64,000 nt of DNA from an uncultured Chthonomonadaceae bacterium (GTDB lineage: Bacteria; Armatimonadota; Chthonomonadetes; Chthonomonadales; Chthonomonadaceae). Position numbers and translations under genes: made by a program. The number at the start of each line of letters is the position of its first letter. Within the stretch, counting starts at the first letter, position 1. The stretch spans positions 544,001-608,000 of the forward strand of contig CAWIEK010000049.1 of NCBI GenBank assembly GCA_963835065.1. The letters run 5' to 3'. This document shows positions 59,207 through 64,000 of this stretch, piece after piece. The notes beneath the pieces are model-generated. The model ran no database searches, was not told the origin of the DNA, and saw only the letters and a program-made list of their open reading frames with translations.

Positions 59207-59263
59207 GATGTTCTCATGGAAGGGCTATCGCATATTACCAACCACCAACCACCAACCACTACA

Positions 59264-60664
59264 TTAGATGGAGAAACCGGAGCGGTAGTGGGGTTTGATG
59301 ATGTCGTTAATGTCCGACGAGGCGTTTTTGGCATGCAGTTTCTTGGCGTCCCATTCGATGCGGCCTTTTTCGCCCGTCGTGCCCGCCGCCCAAACGGCCA
59401 GATTGCCGAGCAGAATGGTTTCGGTCAGCGGCCCTGAGTAGTCGGGGAAGTTGGACATGGCCGGTTCCGCGTTGTTGGTGCGAATGGCATTGACGAACTC
59501 CTCGAAGTGGCCGGGGGATTTCGGGAACGGCGCTTCCACGGTTACGCCCGCAACGATCCTGCCCCGCGTACCATAGTCGCCCGGCGTGTACAGCTTGCCC
59601 TTGTCGCCGATAATCAGTGAACCGCTGTCAGACAGTTTGTTGTCTTCGATCAAGTCCGCGGCGGGGAACGGGTCGCCGGACACTTTTTCCGCAGGCGGCA
59701 GGTTGTGGCCGTCGTACCAGTACATCGTCAGCGCGGGGCGGGAATATTTGGCCGTCTTAATGGCCGGGAACTGGAACGTGATTTTGGACGAGTTGGGATA
59801 GCTGTCCTTGTTGGTTCCCGACGAGGTCGCTTCCACGCTGGTCGGCCAGCGCAGGTCCAGCGCCATGTAGGGCAGGTTTACGGTATGGCAGGCCATATCG
59901 CCCAATGCTCCCGTGCCGAAGTCCCACCAGCCGCGCCACGCGAAGGAGTGGTAGCCCGCCTTGCGGCCGTTGCCGCTCACGAACGGGCGCTCCGGCGCGG
60001 GGCCAAGCCACAAATCCCAATGCACGTTGGCCGGCACGGGTTCGGGTGTGGGACGGCTGACGCCCTGCGGCCAGATGGGGCGATTGGTCCAGACATGCAC
60101 TTCCGTGACCGTGCCTAATGCGCCCGCCCGCACTTTGAAGGCGTTGGCGCGCAGTGTGTCTTCGGCTGTGCCCTGATTGCCCATCTGCGTAGCGACCTTG
60201 TGCTTGCGCGCCAGGTCGCCCAGATACCGCGCCTCATAAATGCTGTGCGTGAGCGGCTTCTGGCAGAAACAGTGGATGTTGCGCATGATGGCGAGCGAGG
60301 CCGCGTGAACGTGGTGGTGGTCGGGCGTCGTGACCGTCACCGCGTCAATGTCCTTGCCCATCTCATCGAACAACTTGCGATAATCGTTGTACTTTTTGGA
60401 AACATTGTACTGCTGCGCGGCGGAGTTGAGCGTGTTGTCGTCCACGTCGCAGACCGCGATAATGTTTCCGAAGCGGGCCGTCGTCCGAATATCGTCTGCG
60501 CCCTTGCCGCCTACGCCAATGCTGGCGAAGTTGATGCGTTCATTGGCTCCGATGATCCGGTGCTGCGGCGTGGAAGCGGCCCACGTTTTGTCGGCCATCC
60601 ACACGCCCGCGCCCGTGACCGCCGCAGTACGGAGAAACTCGCGACGACTTTGTTGCTGACTCAT
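59264..60664 (-). CDS. Tat-exported Gfo/Idh/MocA oxidoreductase
   Basis: SRREFL twin-arginine signal, IGVGGKG, CQKPLTH, QMGNQG, WDLWLGPAP, GALGDMACH. Confidence 0.92.
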   Translation of the reverse strand: MSQQQSRREFLRTAAVTGAGVWMADKTWAASTPQHRIIGANERINFASIGVGGKGADDIRTTARFGNIIAVCDVDDNTLNSAAQQYNVSKKYNDYRKLFDEMGKDIDAVTVTTPDHHHVHAASLAIMRNIHCFCQKPLTHSIYEARYLGDLARKHKVATQMGNQGTAEDTLRANAFKVRAGALGTVTEVHVWTNRPIWPQGVSRPTPEPVPANVHWDLWLGPAPERPFVSGNGRKAGYHSFAWRGWWDFGTGALGDMACHTVNLPYMALDLRWPTSVEATSSGTNKDSYPNSSKITFQFPAIKTAKYSRPALTMYWYDGHNLPPAEKVSGDPFPAADLIEDNKLSDSGSLIIGDKGKLYTPGDYGTRGRIVAGVTVEAPFPKSPGHFEEFVNAIRTNNAEPAMSNFPDYSGPLTETILLGNLAVWAAGTTGEKGRIEWDAKKLHAKNASSDINDIIKPHYRSGFSI

Positions 60665-60971
60665 GTTGCTGTCCTTTGGTGTGCGGAAGAACAAACGTTG
60701 GCTGCCAGCGTTGTTCTCCTGAGTGGATAAAAAACAGTGCAGAAGAGGATGCCGGCGCAGCATCCCGCGCATTTCTGCCTTCCAGGGTATTGTTCTCTTA
60801 GCGATATACGACTTCCTGCTCTATTATAATACACGAAGGGCGTTCCTGTTGCAAATCTATTGCCATCCCGCGCAATTTTCCGGCGGCAAAAATGCCGACG
60901 CGAGGGCGGAACGCCATACAGCGCAGGGGTTCCGCTCGTCGCCACAACCCCCAACCTGACGGCGAAGGGTA

Positions 60972-63900
60972 CTAAACATCCTCTCTTTCAGGAAATTGCG
61001 GCGTCTCCATCGGCTCCGGCGCTTCGGTGACGGGCCAGTGGTAATCGCGGTTCAGGAAGGTTTTGTTGAGCCAGCGGGTCAGGTCGTCTACCAGCGTGTG
61101 CGTGATCGGGATGTCGAACAGCGAAAGAATCGTGCCGATGAGCAACCCGCCGACAACCGCTGTGGCAAGCGGCTGGTAGGCGTCCAAGCCTGTTTTGGGA
61201 TGCAGGGCAACAGGCAGCATCGTCAGCAGGGTAATGCCCGCCGTCATTAAAATGGGACGCAGGCGCTGCGGACACGCTCGCGCCACAGCCTCATCGCGGG
61301 GAACGCCCCGGTCCCGATGTTTCATTACCATATCAATGAGCAGTACGGCTGTGGTTATATCCATGCCCGTCAGCACGATGATGCCCAGGAGCGATACGGT
61401 AGAAAACGATTGATGCGCCAGCCACAGGGCGGTAAACACGCCCGCCAGTTCTAACGGCAGGCTGGCAAGCATCTGCAAGGGCTGCAAAAACCCCCGAAAC
61501 TGCACCACCAAGACGAGATACATCAGCACGAGGGCAAGCGCCAATCCCGACACCATGCGCCGGAACGCCGCCATCATTTCCAGCATATCGCCCCGCGCCA
61601 CCATGCCGTAACCGGGCGGAAAATTCACCGGCTGTATGCCTAATTTCGAATTGCCCGCATAGGTGTTGGCGACAAGGTTCATGACCACGTCCATTGAGGG
61701 CAGATTGTTGGAGCGATAATAGCCCGTAATTCCAATGACGCGGCGGAGCATGTCGTGTTCAATCACGGTCGGCGCATTACCATGCTGAATGCTTGCCACC
61801 GATTTCAAGGGTATCTGCCGCCCGTCCGGCGTGGATAGGGTCAGGTTTTCGAGGTTCTGAACCGTTGCCCGGTCTTTTTCCTCGTAGCGCACCTGAATGG
61901 TGTTCTGGCGCAGATTAGGCAGGCGGAAAAACTCGTTCGTCAGGCCGCCGCCAAGCGCGTAATACGCCTGCTGCGAGATGCTTTCCGGTGACAATCCCAC
62001 TTCCTGCGCGCGCTGCGGGTCAACTTTGATTTGAAAGTCCGGCAGTCTCGCTGTCCACGTTGTCGCCGGCTGTGCCATTTCGGGCATTTTGCGCGCGACG
62101 GCTAATGTTTGCTGCCCCAATCTATCCAACTCGTTTATGTCCGGGCCGTAGATGTTGAGATGCACGGGAGCCGCCGAAGTCGCCATCACATCGCTGCCCA
62201 TTTCCTTGATCTGCAAGCGCCGGATACCGGGAATCGTATGCAGCGCCTCTTTTTGAATGGCGTCTATGATCTGAAAAATCGTCCGCTTGCGCGCGTCCTT
62301 GTCCGAAAAGGTCAGCGTCAGGGATGCGCCGTTCACCTGCGGCATCTGGTAGCCGGTATAGTAGGGGTTGTACGACTCGAACATACACTCGGCCCCGATT
62401 TCCACGCTTGCCTTTTCCAGTTCGGGATAGCGGGCCATGATGCGCTCCAGTTGTCCGACTGCGCGTTCGGTTTCGGCATACGAGGTTCCCGGAGCCATTT
62501 CCAAAACGCCGCTCGCCTGCCCCACATCCGCAAGCGGCATCATCTCGCTCCCGATGAAGTAATAAAATGTCAGGCCAATGATCAGTGTGCCGAACACGCG
62601 GGCAAGGTTGGCGAAACGGTGTTTGAGCATCCAGCGAATGAGGCGCCCGTACCCCTTTTCCAGCCGGTCAAGCCAATGCTGAAACGGATCGAGAACGATG
62701 TACAGCAAGCATAAAACCGGATGCTTGCGGTCGGCGTGGCGCGCGCTTTCGGGACGCAGCAGATTGGCGCACAGCAGCGCGGTCAGCGTGAACGACACGA
62801 GCATGGAAGCCAGCAGGCCGAAAATCAGCGGCCATACCAGTTCGACAAACATCAGTTCCGTCAGCCCGCCCGCGAACAGCAGGGGCGCAAGCGCGAGGAC
62901 GATCATCAGCGTGGACGCGATCACGGCAACGCGCACTTCGGCAATGCCGTCAATCGTCGCGGTTTTGGGGTCCTTGCCCATGCGTATGTGCCGCTCTACC
63001 GCATGAATGTCAATGATCGAGTCATCCACGAGCCGCCCAATGGACAGCAGCAAGCCGATGAGCGTGCCGCTGTTGAACGTCATGTGGAAGGGAACCATCA
63101 TCAGCACGGCGATGGCAAGAGAAGTCGGCAGCGTAATCATAGCAATCAGCGTACCGCGCCATTCACCTAAAAACAACAGCACGGCAAGCCCGGTGAGCAG
63201 GACGGCAACCCCCAGTTCCTCCCAGACATTGTGAAACAGGATATTGACGAAGTGGGCGTTGTCATAAGCCACATCGAAATGCAGGCCGGGGTTTTCGTCC
63301 TCCAACTGCTTCACGACCTTCATCACGGCGGGCACGACCTGCGCGGAACTGGCGCTGGGGTCTTGAATGACGGACACTTCGATGGCGGGAATGACTTCAG
63401 CCTTTGTACCCGGCTCATGCGAAAGATAGTGGTAGCCGCTGCGCCGCTCAAAGTGAGAATCCACCACTCGCGCCACGTCCCGAACATAGACTACGCTTGG
63501 CGAACGCGAAGACGCGCTTGTCGCAGGTAAGGAAACGGGAGCGGCAGGAGTGGATGTGTCCGCTCCACTTCCCATGCCGCCCATTCCCCCACCCCCACTG
63601 CCGCCACTCTCGCCAACGGAACTCGCCGCCGTTCCGTTCGTTCCTGCCGTTACGCTCTTGATGGGATAGTTCAGCACGTCCTGAGCGCTGCGGGCGCGGG
63701 TGTCTATGCGTATAATACCTTCCTGTGCCCCGTTCGTGAGCGTACCGGCGGGGCGGGTAACGTTGAAGCGGTCAATGGCGTTCTTCACGTCCAGAATAGA
63801 GAGTTTGTAGGCCGCGAGTTTGCTCCGGTCAACGATTACCTGCATTTGCCGCCGATAGCCGCCGAACGGCACGACGGAATACACGTTTTCCACGCTCTTG

Positions 63901-64000
63901 AGCCGGTTGATGATAGTGTTGTCGGCAAACTCGCGGACGCGCAGCGCATCCCAACCCTGCTTTGCGTCGCCGCGCACACTGAGCGTTAGAATGGGCAAGT
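60972..64000 (-). CDS. RND efflux permease (AcrB/CusA family), 5'-partial
   Basis: IGRLVDDSI, RLRPILMT, PLATAVVGGL; ORF is open at the window edge. Confidence 0.92.
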   Translation of the reverse strand, partial: LPILTLSVRGDAKQGWDALRVREFADNTIINRLKSVENVYSVVPFGGYRRQMQVIVDRSKLAAYKLSILDVKNAIDRFNVTRPAGTLTNGAQEGIIRIDTRARSAQDVLNYPIKSVTAGTNGTAASSVGESGGSGGGGMGGMGSGADTSTPAAPVSLPATSASSRSPSVVYVRDVARVVDSHFERRSGYHYLSHEPGTKAEVIPAIEVSVIQDPSASSAQVVPAVMKVVKQLEDENPGLHFDVAYDNAHFVNILFHNVWEELGVAVLLTGLAVLLFLGEWRGTLIAMITLPTSLAIAVLMMVPFHMTFNSGTLIGLLLSIGRLVDDSIIDIHAVERHIRMGKDPKTATIDGIAEVRVAVIASTLMIVLALAPLLFAGGLTELMFVELVWPLIFGLLASMLVSFTLTALLCANLLRPESARHADRKHPVLCLLYIVLDPFQHWLDRLEKGYGRLIRWMLKHRFANLARVFGTLIIGLTFYYFIGSEMMPLADVGQASGVLEMAPGTSYAETERAVGQLERIMARYPELEKASVEIGAECMFESYNPYYTGYQMPQVNGASLTLTFSDKDARKRTIFQIIDAIQKEALHTIPGIRRLQIKEMGSDVMATSAAPVHLNIYGPDINELDRLGQQTLAVARKMPEMAQPATTWTARLPDFQIKVDPQRAQEVGLSPESISQQAYYALGGGLTNEFFRLPNLRQNTIQVRYEEKDRATVQNLENLTLSTPDGRQIPLKSVASIQHGNAPTVIEHDMLRRVIGITGYYRSNNLPSMDVVMNLVANTYAGNSKLGIQPVNFPPGYGMVARGDMLEMMAAFRRMVSGLALALVLMYLVLVVQFRGFLQPLQMLASLPLELAGVFTALWLAHQSFSTVSLLGIIVLTGMDITTAVLLIDMVMKHRDRGVPRDEAVARACPQRLRPILMTAGITLLTMLPVALHPKTGLDAYQPLATAVVGGLLIGTILSLFDIPITHTLVDDLTRWLNKTFLNRDYHWPVTEAPEPMETPQFPEREDV

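Overview
A 64-kb, mostly GC-rich bacterial chromosomal segment with about 50 genes. The gene content (PEP-CTERM protein, PAS/HisKA_2 kinase, Tat-exported Gfo/Idh/MocA) and repeat landscape suggest a diderm such as Armatimonadota, but this is inference only. There is no rRNA, canonical tRNA, CRISPR array or intact transposase. Recognisable genes: a Ni/Co ECF transporter (cbiM, PDGLE-cbiQ, cbiO), pdxA, an NDP-sugar pyrophosphorylase, bdhA, a Ca2+/H+ antiporter, mpg, xerD, dapB (in-frame stop), and a partial RND permease. Unusual elements: (1) two diverged copies (1-~250 and 56851-~57070) of a minus-strand unit with a conserved ECF-type promoter, an SD, an 8-codon ORF and a highly conserved 3' region, a candidate sRNA/micropeptide family; (2) an AT-richer SNF2 helicase + sacsin-type ATPase-HNH pair, a candidate defence system broken by many frameshifts; (3) a tRNA-like RNA with a shortened anticodon arm in a phosphatase / Zn-SDR / LRR gene run; (4) a radical SAM enzyme lacking SPASM cysteines next to a 114-aa protein with two GIP motifs; (5) an orphan JAB-like toxin / Zn-protein pair; (6) a promoter-to-terminator structured RNA at ~12.87-13.06 kb; (7) many 7-, 8- and 9-mer tandem repeats and palindromic MITE/REP-like elements, several translated as linkers or placed where they fuse or split genes (MogA-LarC, cbiM/PDGLE-cbiQ, PolX-N/mpg). 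Several single-base frameshifts may be assembly errors. All product calls come from motif recognition by eye; no searches were run.
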